Shown piece after piece: positions 24,798 to 36,790 of a DNA stretch of 64,000 bases. The notes under the pieces were generated by a model. That model saw only the letters and a program-made list of their open reading frames with translations. It made no database searches and had not been told where the DNA came from. Position numbers and translations under genes: made by a program. Source of the DNA: Zootoca vivipara (Eukaryota); assembly GCF_963506605.1 (NCBI RefSeq), contig NC_083278.1, positions 54,064,001-54,128,000 on the forward strand, given 5' to 3'. Within the stretch, counting starts at the first letter, position 1. The number at the start of each line of letters is the position of its first letter.

Positions 24798-26587
24798 GCC
24801 TAGAGTGCATGTGTTTTGTCCTCTTTCTACATAAACAAATACTGAACTGATTTGTAAGAAAAACTCAAGGATATGCTAGTACTGTACGAACAGTGGGCAT
24901 ATAAAGGGACATTAAATGCATGGAATATAAATTCTTTTCATTCAGGTTTAATACAGCATTAATTCTCTTTTAAAGTATTTGCTGTACATATCCCCTGGAA
25001 TGATGCATAAATAACAGGGGAAATAATTATCATATGAATATTGCTTCTAAAAATATTTTCTGTAACTTCTAAGCCCTGAGTTTAGTGACCCTCCTCAGCA
25101 CACACTAATTTTCCATAGTAAACACAGTTTCTCCTTCAGTTCCCTTTTCTTATGTCCTTATGAACCTTCATTTATACGATTTGTATGCCTTTTGATAAAC
25201 TGATTGTATTGGCTGAGTTTTGAAGTATAAATTTTCATCTGTCTCAAATCAGCATTTCCTCCCTATTTCAACTTTACAATTCAGAAAAATATTTCAGATA
25301 CACCACATTAATCAGAAATAACCTCTTCCCTCCTTGCCCACCCCCTCCATCCTAAGCTAGGAAAGTGCAGTTGATCAAAAATGCATATTAAGACCTCCTC
25401 ATCTTGGAACTCTTTTGATGAGTTTTTATGCTTCTCTGATGGTTGCCAGAGGCTTTTACTGGTGTCCTCAGTGTCCCCTCTCCCCACTAATATAAGCCTT
25501 GAAGGAAGCATTATGTTGTAAAGTTGATGTCATATGTTCCCAGGACTGTTTATGGATGTGTGTTGAAAGCTAAAAATATATTTCTATGGTAAGACCCAAA
25601 GTGTATCAATTAGCCTGGAACAGTGGAACACCATCTCTTGGGGCGGGGGCAGCAGCAAGCTGCTTAGGAATAAGTTCACTGATTAATTGGAGTTCATTTT
25701 GATCCCCACCCCGCCCCCATGAACAGAGGAAAATGATTGACAAAGAAGAAGATGAATACTGTACTTGAGAAAAGAAATAAGGACGTTATATAATCCCACG
25801 GAAGGTTTCTGATCTGACTGCCTTGAGAGCCAGAAATAAAGGCTATCTCTGAGTGAAACTCCAGGGCTATGAGTTTGGTTCCTAAACTATGCATCATATT
25901 TTCTGTTCTGATGGCTACTTGCTATCAGTTCAACCATAACTGCTGAAAGTATAAGAAGATGTTTTCACACAGTGAAAGCCCAGTATGCTCTCCCATGGAG
26001 AAGAAAATAGCCATGAAATGTTCTTTTAAACTCACTTTCACTGGGGAATCAGGAGCAAAACAGTATCTCCCACAAGAAGATCAACAGTACCTTATGTCTT
26101 TCAATTTTATTTCCCATTGCTATGCAGTGTTTGTTTGTTTATTTGTTTGTTTTGCATTTTCCGACCACCTCTTACAAACATTGTCAAAGAAGGAAGAAGG
26201 TTCCATTTGCATGGTGGATGCCCCAACACAGAGACCTATCAGCCTGTGCATTGGTGGTTTTAACTAATGTATGCTGCTATAGGCCCTGCACTCACCACCT
26301 TCCTTATTTTACAGAGGATTTTGAAAAGTTCTTTCCACAACCTGATAGGCAAGTTATGTTTCTTTACATTTTTCATATTATCATTCAACTTAGCTTCAGC
26401 AAGGTGCTAGCTTCATATGTTCTCAGACCATACCACTTAAATATTATAACACACATACACTTAAATATTATAAAGATAATGTTACTGTGAAAGGTATGCT
26501 GTTCATAATCTTTTGGGACTTCTTTTAGCTAGCATCTGCTTCTTTCCTACAGGACCATTCTCAGCAATTTATTCTTGATCTTTATCT

Positions 26588-26934
26588 GTGGTGCTGTGGT
26601 CTAAACCACTCGGCCTCTTGGGCTTGCTAATTGGAAGGTTGGCGGTTTGAATCCCCATGACAGAGTGAGCTCCCATTACTGTGTCCCAGCTCCTGTCAAC
26701 CTAGCAGTTTGAAAGCGTAAACAGCATTTCCATGTGCTTTGGCTTCTGTCGCGGTGTCCCGTTGTGCCAGAAGCGGTCCCGTTGTGCCAGAAGCGGTTTT
26801 GTCCACATGACCCGGAAAACTGTCTGTGGACAAACACCAGCTCCCTCAGCCTGAAAGCAAGATGAGAGCCACAACCCCATAGTCGCCTTTGACTGGACTT
26901 AACCGTCCAAGGGTCCTTTACCTTTTTACTTTTA
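26588..26934 (+). mobile_element. Sauria SINE
   Basis: GTGGTGCTGTGGTCTAAACCAC head, GGTTTGAATCCCC B box, CCTTTACCTTT tail; internal 20-bp duplication at 26756-26795. Confidence 0.9.
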
Positions 26935-28142
26935 TGGACTGGAGGCATCAAATCAAGACAGATATAGTTTGATAAAGGTTCCTGGAGATTCTTAACGAGA
27001 TTCATTTTTCACATTAGAACAAAACAACTAAACCTGCTGCATTCATCAAACTCTTTCATGATGTAAATAAGGTTCTTTGTTTAATGCTAAATTATTCCCC
27101 CACCCACACCATTTTTAGATAGATTTTGCATCTGAGCAAAATTGGTTTAAGGTCTGAACATCAGGCCTTCAGATTCTGACTTTGCTTCTGTATAACACAG
27201 AAAACAAAGGCTGAGGTTATACAGTAACAATTACTTTTCACCATGCTTACATAACCATGTTCTAACTGATATACAAACACTCATGCACTTTAGATCCATA
27301 AGAGGTATGTTTGCCTCTCTAATGATACAGGGTTTTCCTTGTGCATACAAATGTGTATATTCCAAGATATGCCAGGTTATCAGAGGTAATCGTTTAACGT
27401 AGTTGCATATCATCACTGAATGGTGCTGGCATGGGAATTTTGAGAATCTGGTATTTGGTCCTCTTTATGAGTGTCTGCATTGTATCGTAAATCCTGCATA
27501 CTACAGTTGCTCTTTTACTTGGTAGTAGTAATCTGCTGCTTGTGTGTCTTTATACTAATGGCAGTCTCCACAAAGGAGGCTATTTCCTTGTTAACAGATT
27601 CTAGCAGAACGGAAAGTGTGTGTGTAACAATTTCCTATTTTGAAACTCTTGTCATATTATCCTGATGTCCATACCTACTCCACAAACTGAACCAAATTAA
27701 ACCAGATCATACCAGACCAAAGTTCTAAAATAGGCTGACTTATGCAGAATATGCCAAGCACTAATCTCTTACCACATTGTCACATGTTATGATTAAAGTA
27801 ATGTTTGTTTCAGCCAAATTTATGATGTAAATATAAAGCCTGCATTGGATGGAGAACTCATTCTCATTACCAACACCTCTCATCCACATTAGCAGCAACT
27901 AAAATATCACTATAACGGCTAGAGAGGTCTCTTTCGTTTCCGTCCCTGCTTTCTCCCTGTCTTTTCCTCTGCACTGCATATCTTTAATCTTGCTGCCATA
28001 GCTTGGGAAGATCCAGGGTTGATTGGATTGACACAGTTATATCAACTGCTATAGGATCTCTCTGTGAGTTCTCTGCATTGAAGTGACTCATTGAGCAGGG
28101 TAGTGGAGGCATGGAGATAGAAGCAGAATAAGTAAGGAGGAT

Positions 28143-28147
28143 TAGAT

Positions 28148-28214
<67 letters not shown>

Positions 28215-28242
28215 GATCGATAAATAGATAGATGGTAGATGT

Positions 28243-28275
<33 letters not shown>

Positions 28276-28306
28276 GATAGATATAGATGACAGATAGATA
28301 GATGAT
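28143..28306. repeat. (AGAT)n microsatellite
   Basis: Direct read. Confidence 0.95.
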
Positions 28307-29154
28307 ACAACAGCATGCTGGACTGCTGGGCTAATTGTATGGAAACTTGTATCATGGGCCTGTGTCCACAGTCTTTCACATACTAAGCAACGCCCCTGGG
28401 TCAGTCCTATGCAGATTAAAGTATTGCTCTAGTTTGCACATATCCAGGAAGGTGCCAGATTGGTGAAGAACTAGGGTTACAGAATAGAGTCAGGAGCCAC
28501 CAGGTCCTGATGTGGAAACCTTCAGACGTGTGTACCAGCTGCATGTTGTAGCTGCTGATAGCATCTGCCTAGAGCCCTAGGCAGTTAAGTTCCCTCAGGC
28601 CTGGCTACTGGAGACTTCTAGACGTGTCCTGCTCAGTTCTATGCACTTGGCGCAGACCACAGTGTTGATTCAAATGAATAAAACTGAGGTAATGGATGGT
28701 AAAAGCAAATATGTGCCAGTAGCAAGGCCCTTGGGATATAGCCAAGATATAAAACCAAGTGCTGAGTCATGATTTTCCAGTTCATATGCTTAGCAAAGGA
28801 AACACTTTACAGAAGGACTGATAAAATGTTTTGCAGCTTAATGCCTCTTTTTTCATGCTGGTTGCACTAATTGCAGTTATAGCTAAACAATGGAGTACAA
28901 TCTTTATAATTATTCAAATAAGCATATTTGCTTCTGTGAAGCAGATGTTAAAAAGGAGGCGAAAAATGTATTAGCTTTCCATGCAGTTTATTTATTTATT
29001 TTAAGATGGAAAACATCAGACTACTCATCATTGTCAAGAGATTTTAGGCTTCTTACTATTACTGTATTTGTACTTGGGCTAATTTGATTGTAAAAAGTCC
29101 AAATTAGTTTTGGGGTGTTTGAAAGAAGATGAATTACATGATAAGTTATTTATA

Positions 29155-29205
<51 letters not shown>
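29155..29205. repeat. (AAT)n microsatellite
   Basis: Direct read; overlaps the left TSD of the Penelope insertion. Confidence 0.95.
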
Positions 29206-29206
<1 letters not shown>

Positions 29207-29209
29207 TGG

Positions 29210-29403
29210 TAAAAAAAATTAAAAAATCATTCCAGCTTCAGATACACTGAATTAGTTCTAATTCAGTGTATCTGAAGAAGTGTGCATGCACACGAAAGCT
29301 CATACCAAAATAAAAACTTAGTTGGTCTTTAAGGTGCTGCTGGAAGGATTTTTTTTATTTTGTTTCGACTACGTCAGACCAACACGGCTACCTACCTGTA
29401 ACT
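29210..29403. mobile_element. Penelope-like element insertion 4
   Basis: Short inverted segments plus a plus-strand terminus with tail ending CCTACCTGTAACT; AATAATAATATGG duplicated on both sides. Confidence 0.88.
29268..29305 (+). ncRNA. Minimal type-I hammerhead ribozyme motif, intact core
   Basis: GUAU-CUGAAGA-A-GUGUGCAUGCACAC-GAA-AGCU-C-AUAC; predicted cut after 29301. Confidence 0.85.
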
Positions 29404-29589
29404 AATAATAATATGGGTGACTGTTGTTCCTGTCATTGTTTTTAAAATAAAGTTATTCTGGCAATCATAAGATCTTTAAAACTATTTATTAATGTTGACT
29501 AAAACCATTCTAAATGAACTGATCCATCTTGGGATGATACATACATGGAAGCAAGGTTCTCCATTGATGGAGCATAACAATGGGTGTTT

Positions 29590-29985
29590 ACTCCTAATTC
29601 TACAACTAGTCCAGCAAACAAAGATGTGCTCTCCTAAACCCACATTCCCAGCATGTTCACAATCTCCATGATGTCTATGCTGGCTTGGTCACGTACAGAA
29701 TGGAAGATGGCAGGATCCCCAAGGACATGCTCTATGGCAGGCATGTCCGACTCCCAAGAGACTGCAATCTACTCTCACTATAAAAAAAACTGGCAGTGAT
29801 CTACCCATAGTTTTGACCAAAGTTGTTGAGCTTTTTTGGGGAAGCCCAGTTGGAGATGCCTGCTCTATGGGAATCTAGCTCCAGGCACTAGGCCCATTGG
29901 CAGACCAACTCTGTATTACAAAGATATCCAAACATGAAATGAAGGCTGGCAACACTAACCCCACTGTGTGGGAATCTGCAATAAA
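29590..29985 (+). mobile_element. RTE-clade LINE 3' fragment (not BovB), interrupted by a MITE
   Basis: Degenerate WLGHV-RMEDGRIPKDMLYG...GRPTL-YKD coding remnant; homologous to 48625-49050. Confidence 0.7.
29738..29862. mobile_element. hAT MITE inserted in the RTE fragment
   Basis: TIR CAGGCATGTCCGACT / AGTTGGAGATGCCTG; exact 8-bp TSD CTCTATGG. Confidence 0.85.
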
Positions 29986-30662
29986 ACGTGTCTCACCCAT
30001 ATTGGTCTCTGCAGCCACAACAGGCACTGTAACTCTCCAACAGTTAGACTTTACCCCAAAGACTTTACCCTCTTGCATTATCTCCTGAGACTGATGGATG
30101 CCAACATGTACCTGTGGCTGCACACACATAGCCCATTAAAAGATTCATGCTTCTGTGCATGGAATTGGGAGATTAATTCAGTCAATGCTATTCCCTTTTC
30201 CTTTTCAGACAGTTGATTGGTGGATTTGGGATTCATTTGATCAAGAGCAAGCATTTTGTTGCCTTTCTGTAGCTCCAAGTGCAGTACAATGACCTCAAAA
30301 TAAGTGCTTTTCGGGGACAGCATGCTTTAAAATAAGAGATAGTAGAAGAAAAATAACAAAGCTTTATGAAATATTAGGCAAAAATAGAACCTGAAATGGT
30401 GTATAAATAAGTTTTGTGTGTATGCCATTGACATTTCCTCTCTTTGGTCTGGAGAAGGGCTATGAATCAGGGGTAGTGAATGTGCTTTGCTTGCAAAATG
30501 TTGCATTTTGCATTTTGCAAAAGGTTACATTTCCCAGCTTCTTCAAGTAGGGCTTTGACAGGCCCTTTTCTGAAACCCTGAGGATCTGATGCCCATCAGT
30601 GTACTGCAGACAATACTGAGGTAGATGGATATAGTTTTCCCCCTATGTTAGTTTCTTTAAAG

Positions 30663-30803
30663 CAGGGATGCGGTACCCGTGACCCTCCAGATTTTGCACA
30701 ACAATTTCTCAGCAGCCCCAGCCAGCATGGCTAGTGTTCAGGAATGATGGGAGTTGTAGTACTGTACAACAACATCAGAGAGGGTCCAGATTCCCCATCC
30801 CTG
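30663..30803. mobile_element. Decayed hAT MITE, CAGG-ended family
   Basis: CAGGGATG...CATCCCTG ends and GGGAGTTGTAGT core; further decayed copies near 31420-31530, 32295-32420 and 40000-40095. Confidence 0.65.
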
Positions 30804-31775
30804 TCTTATGTAATGAGCAACTTTAGTTAAGCCAATAAACAAACAGGTAAGCAGTGCAAATCCAAAGCCTCTGGCCCACCCCAGACAGTAGTCTAGCAGT
30901 GGCATGGCCATCACTGAGGGAGAGATGAGGTAGACAAACAGTGCATATGTTCTGTATTTCCAGCCTTAGATATTGATCACTTACAGCTTTTCCTCAATTG
31001 CATGCATCTCATTTTCTAGCTAGATATTGGTGCCAAATGTTTGAGTCTCTTAAATCACAATATCTCTGTCAGGGAAGTTATAAAAATAATTACTCTAAAA
31101 TGGAAAATTCACAATTCACTTAGACATTCCTAACTGCTAAGGACTTTACTGAGAGAAGAAAGAGAGGTTCTGATATTCAAAGAACCTGAAATGTATCAGA
31201 TAAAGGTCTGCTGCACTTTGTACATTTTGAATGGCTGAGGGAACTGAACAGAGCAGTGCCTTAATCTTTTGAACATTGACTCTTAACTGCCCTTATGAAG
31301 AGAAAATGGATTTTGTTGTCAGAAGTCAGTAATATTTTTCAGTCGTAGGCCAATTTGATATCACATTATCACACAAAAGCCAGTTTGAAAGCTGTTGTTT
31401 TTCCTAGATATCTTTAAGACATGGGTGTCTAACCTGTGGTCCTTCGTATATTTTTAGACTCCAACTCCCATCAGCTCTGGAGAGTATGGCCAAAGGTTAT
31501 AAATTAGGGCCACAGATTCCCAACCCTTGCACTAATTTGTAACATTTATCTTTAGATGTGCTATTAACTGCCCTGAGATATTATGATGATGGGTGGTATA
31601 TAAATTTAATTAATAATAATTGCAATAATAAATAAAACAATCAGCAACATCAAAGAAAGCTCTGGCTTGGAGATAAATTCATCTCTCTCAGCTTCCCTAA
31701 TATGATATTAATCTAGTTACAGGTAGGTAGCCGTGTTGGTCTGAGTCGAAAAAATTCCTTCAGTAGCACCTTTAA

Positions 31776-31850
31776 CTCATTAGCAAGCTTAAAACCATGG
31801 AGCCACCTGGAATGAACAAAGACATAGGATTCTTATCTCATTATACATGA
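31776..31850 (+). pseudogene. Penelope GIY-YIG endonuclease C-terminal remnant
   Basis: Translates LISKLKTMEPPGMNKDIGFLSHYT*. Confidence 0.85.
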
Positions 31851-32016
31851 TAAAGCTATCTTTAGCACCTCAGCCCTTGCTTTTTCCTGCAAGACCAATT
31901 ACAGTCGTTAACAATCATCAACAGGTTTACCACGCCTATCCGCCCATCACCCATTCCCATCACCCCCACCCCCACACTCTGAATATACATAAGGGTCTGG
32001 TGGGTTCTGTTTCAGT

Positions 32017-32054
32017 GTATCTGATGAAGTGTGCATGCACACGAAAGCTCATAC
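32017..32054 (+). ncRNA. Minimal type-I hammerhead ribozyme motif, intact CUGAUGA core
   Basis: GUAU-CUGAUGA-A-GUGUGCAUGCACAC-GAA-AGCU-C-AUAC; predicted cut after 32050. Confidence 0.87.
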
Positions 32055-33861
32055 CAAAATAAAAACTTAGTTGGTCTTTAAGGTGCTACTGAAGGAATTT
32101 TTTTATGATATTAATCTGTACAAGTCTTCTGACAGTCTTCAGCCATGGCCAAGATTCACCTGGGAGCATCCCAACTAGCCTTTCACTGGCTGCTGGAGAT
32201 ATAGCAGCACTGTATGCACCAAGTTCTGAACCTGATTTGTGAGCAACTTTGTGAGGACATAAACAGACTGCTTTCATTTTTATTGTTTTAGGTTAGGGAT
32301 GGAGAACCTGTGGCTTTCTAGATATTATTGGACTCCGGGTCCCATCATTTATGACTATCAGCCATGTTGGCTGAGGCTGATGGTAACTGGAGGCCAATAG
32401 TATCTGGAAGGTAGTCCTTGACAGTTACAGTATTTTGTTTTGTGGGATCTACCTCTTTTGCTGAATCTACTACCAGGAACCCCCACTCCCCTAATACAGA
32501 GGGATAAGATGAGGATGCTCTGTGGCAAGTATATATTTTGCATGTAGCGACATGCACACATATAGAAAACTCTGGAATTCCATAACTTAAAAAGGGGGAA
32601 AAAACCTGACACATTTTCACCACATGAGAGAATATTTATCTGCCTAAATAAATGCAAGTTTCCCTATTGAGTCATTTAAGGCTTGAAAAAAGTGTTTAAC
32701 ATGTCTATTATATATGTTAGAACTTCAGCATAATAATGCAGAATTATCGAGCAGTACCACAAATTCAATAAGGGAACACGCAGACCAGGCTTGTCAGAAA
32801 CAATAATGATGTAGACTAGTGCAAAATCAATGATCCAGCAAGAGTTTTGATTTTCAGTTAAACGGTTTCCCTGAATTATTGTAAATCCTTCAAGAGTGGC
32901 ATTTTTCAATAGGCAGCTTGAACTCACTGTAACTATTACTCTGGTTGGCAAGTCGCTGGGAACACTAAACTGAAGCACAAGGTCTATTGATCCTGGCGAG
33001 GCTTGAAATGTTAGGTCTTGCAAATCCAAACAATAAAAAGAATAAATTTGGGGTGGGAGAAATGCTCAAAAGCCAGACTCCTAACATTTCCATAATTGGA
33101 GGACAGATTTTGATATTGGGATCCTAGGAGGAACAGATTTCCTCATAATCATGTATTTTATGACTCCATGTCTAATACAGCACCACTGTTATGGAGAAAC
33201 CAACAGTGAATATAGCCTTTGAGCTACTGATTTACTGAAACTTTTTGAAGGACTCTTCTGAGCTGCTGTTTGTAGTGTTGGGCTGCCAGATGTGTGGTCT
33301 ACTACAGATCCCGAATCTGGGACCTGAGAGATGCCAGGAGCAGGGAGTCAGACTGATTGGCAGTCTCTAGATATGGCCAAACAGGGAAAGTAAAAGGAGA
33401 TAACCTAGGCCAGCTGTAACATGCCAGAACACCTATAGGCCAATCACCTATTAAAAATATCCAGGTGAGCCTTGCTCATTAGTATCAGCAACTAGGGCAG
33501 GGATGTGCAGAAAGCAGCTTGGAGTCTATGGACAGGCCTCTGGGTGATTTGCAGTAGATCAACAAGGGTTTCTGACTCCCAATTTGTTTAAAAATAGCAG
33601 CAAAACAACTTGTTCCACTTAAATTAGGCTGCTGAAATGAAGAAAACAAAACAGAAGTGGATTTTGTGTGCAAGGAATTTTAGCTCTGATGCTGAAAGCA
33701 ATCCCTAGGCTCTAAAGAATGTGCACTTTTAGATTAGTTATGACAAACCTGAAGTCTGTCCATCCCTGACTTAGGATGATCTGCTCCTGTTGTTCCTTGT
33801 GCTAGCTACACTTGGTCCTTTCCCTGCCTTGCCATTGCCTCTGTCTCTTCCATCCCAGCCC

Positions 33862-34350
33862 TGATACGAACTGGGCCTGGCACAACACAAGGACTACAAC
33901 AGCATACTGAACTTCTAATAACATTATTTGGGTTAGTAATACTGATGAACTATTTCTGATACAATACTGACTCCGACTCAAACACAATACTTGGACTTTC
34001 TACTCAAGGAAACCCAGAAACATCAGTCAAGAAGTCAGCACACAGTGAAAGTATCAGCTCAGATGCTGGAGGCTCCTTGGTGATAGGACCAGAATCATGT
34101 CCTTTTGACTCTCCCATCACCTCTACTTTGGCAAACCTCGACAGTTCACCAACCATCTTCTCAGTTGCCATGGGAACTTTGCATTCAGGGGGCAGAGTGG
34201 TGACTTTCTCAGATGGCTCACCCTCCCCTTCTGTGTTGTTCAGCAACAATGTGGCAGAACCCTCTCCCAGTTCACTGCTCAACCTCTGATTCCTCTTCCT
34301 TTGACAGGTCTTCCCATCTCATTCCAGTAGGCACTGTGGTAGCCAGAACA
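33862..34350 (-). mobile_element. Possible decayed solo-LTR-like sequence
   Basis: TG...CA boundaries on the minus strand and an acidic broken pseudo-ORF; no clear TSD. Confidence 0.25.
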
Positions 34351-35651
34351 TAATCTAGTGACTTTCCTTTATTTGGAACTAGCAGCCTTGCACCTGGCAT
34401 CATTTGGGAGATCTAAGAAAAATTATGGTAAACCAGTGCAGTTTTGAAAGTTTACACCCACCATCTTTATTCAAAATGGCATCCAGTTTTATCTATACAT
34501 AGATGAATACATGCTCCTTGATCTCAGGAACCGTCATTCAGATTTGGTTATGATACCTTAAAGAGTGTCCAAATGCAAAGAAACAAACAACTTTCCAAAA
34601 AATATGGTACATGAATGGAGAGTCAGAAAGTCAAGAAAGTAAAGTAAATGCTAGCTGCTGCATGTGAGGATCATTTTGTACATTTCTCTGTATTGGTCAT
34701 GGTGAGCACAATGCACATACAACTTATTCGGGTTAATCACATTTAAGTATGGCTTGAGAAGTGATGCTCATTACCTGCATGCACAATTTCAGTACTGTAA
34801 TATTTAGCCAGTAAGTATATAAATGCAGTATCGTTTCTCAGCTCATTGAAATCTTTATTTTTAAGCCTGCTGCTTCACCATATGAACCTTTAAGGAGCTC
34901 TTCAATAATTGCATGTGGTTTCACAATAGTCGTGAAAAGAGTGCTGGTAATCATTTTGTGTCTCTCTCTCTGTGTGTGTTTAATCCTTAATACTTTCACT
35001 GTGCCTTTGAAATGAAAACATGGAAAGCAGCAAGTGCCTCATTAGCTGTTGTTATTTTTTTCCATATTTATTATTTATTTTGATATATAATACATGAAAA
35101 GCTTTCTGTGCTCTTATGCCACGAATGAAAAATACAGCCATAAAAAGGTCAAATCAGCTGCTACTGTTCACGTCTGAAATAGAAAGTAAATTCAGTCAAA
35201 ATTCATGGGAAAACTTGGGGGAGTGCAAAAGAAATTGAATTTTCATTCAGCATTTCAAGCTTTCTCTTATATAAATATCATGAGATGACAAGGTATTAAA
35301 AGAACAAGCAAACTATGATAGTGGCACACAATACAACTAAAATTAAAAATTGTTTGAATATACCTGTTCCTTAAATATGAAAAATTGCATGTCAAGATTA
35401 CTCCAGTCCTCCCTTAAAGTCCCAAGGATCTTCAAAACCCCACAGTGTCTCTTATTTTCAGAGACCACCTGGTGAGCCCATTGCTCTCACAAACCTGGAT
35501 GCCCTTGCCATCATTAATACTGTTTGTTTTACGTAAATAGTCCTAATTACAGTCCCACAGGGTAGGCTCCCTGCCTCACAGAATTCCTTCTCAACTCCCT
35601 TAAGCTTGCCACTGGATGTTTCCTGGTCCCCTGATCTTCCTTGCCAACTGC

Positions 35652-35718
35652 CCTTCCTTCCTTCCTTCCTTCCTTCCTTCCTTCCTTCCTTCCTTCCTTC
35701 CTTCCTTCCTTCCTTCCT
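35652..35718. repeat. (CCTT)n microsatellite
   Basis: Direct read. Confidence 0.95.
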
Positions 35719-35876
35719 AATGTAGCCCTGTGGCAATAGTTGCCAGCTGTTCCTCCACATCTCTCCTTATCTCTCTATTCTCTTGTCCCTTAACTTTCTC
35801 CTTCTCTTCAGTTCTCCTTTCTTCGGTGACTCTTGTATCCCCTAGCTCTGTGTGGCCATTTGGCTCCTGCTGTGTT

Positions 35877-35928
35877 GTTGTTGTTGTTTAGTCGTTTAGT
35901 CGTGTCCGACTCTTCGTGACCCCATGGA
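35877..35928 (-). mobile_element. RTE-BovB extreme 3' stub (about 52 bp)
   Basis: Identical to the 3' end of 45764-46550; (CAA)n tail; TSD CCTGCTGTGTT at 35866-35876 and 35929-35939. Confidence 0.92.
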
Positions 35929-36599
35929 CCTGCTGTGTTACTGGCCCACATCTCCGCTTCTGGTCTATCCTGACCAGCTCCCAGTTGGGATACAAAATTA
36001 AAGGAGTAACAGGAAGATTGCTGTGATGCTCCCTACATGACTGATCAGTCACAAGGTAGAGAATCAAGTTACCATGTGGAGTCTAGAGCTGTCCACATGC
36101 TAGCTGAACACTTTTGCGGAGTGCCAGGAGAAGCAGGAGCCCCTTGAATTCCATGACAACAACACACTGCTCTCCCCATGCTTTTATTTTCTGCAAATCC
36201 ATATATTGTTGGGGATATATCTACTTAAGCTGGGGTATATCTATTTGGCATAGGATGCTTCTCTTGGTAATGGAGCATCTGGCAACTCCACTGGTGTCAC
36301 TTAGCAGTCCTTTTCTTCCAATCAAGTCTTGGCCTGCATCTGACTTACTGAAGCCAAATGGAGGAGGCAATATAAGGCAATGAGCCAGCTCCCCACTGCC
36401 TCCTCCCACAGTTGAGTTACAGCAAATGCTATGGCTACAGTTCTCTTTCAGTCCTGCTGGAGACATAGTGATCTTCTCACATTAAAGCTACGGAAGACAG
36501 CAATTAAAAGCAGATTGTCACTATGGTTTGAATTCAGATAGCAGGAGCAAAAAGTAAAATAAACATAAACATAAACCACAATTAGTATGGTATCTGGGG

Positions 36600-36790
36600 T
36601 TATTTATTTCCCACCTTCTCCTCCAAGAAGCTCAAGGTTGTCCACATGGTTCTCCCCCCCCCCCCTCATTTAAATCCCACAACAACCCTGTGAGGTAGGT
36701 TAGACTAAGAGGCAATGACTGGCTTCATAGCTCAGTGGGGATTTGAACCCTGGTTTCTCCCAGATCCAACCACTATACCACACTGGCTCT
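36600..36790 (-). mobile_element. MIR-like SINE
   Basis: CACAACAACCCTGTGAGGTAGG core and GGGATTTGAACCC. Confidence 0.7.

Larger units (their letters stand above)
31715..32103. mobile_element. Penelope-like element insertion 5
   Basis: Short inverted tail, then plus-strand GIY-YIG end, 3' UTR and ribozyme; 14-bp TSD TATGATATTAATCT at 31701-31714 and 32104-32117. Confidence 0.9.

Noticed and set aside
32676-33029. 117-aa minus-strand ORF
   Set aside because: No motif or coding-like signal I can support.
34004-34414. Protein-like minus-strand ORF (SSELGEGSATLLLNNTEGEGEPSEK...) with an upstream TTTTCTTAG acceptor-like site
   Set aside because: Frames are broken by stops and a frameshift, no recognisable domain, no partner exons; more likely a decayed LTR-like repeat. 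tBLASTx or RNA-seq would settle it.
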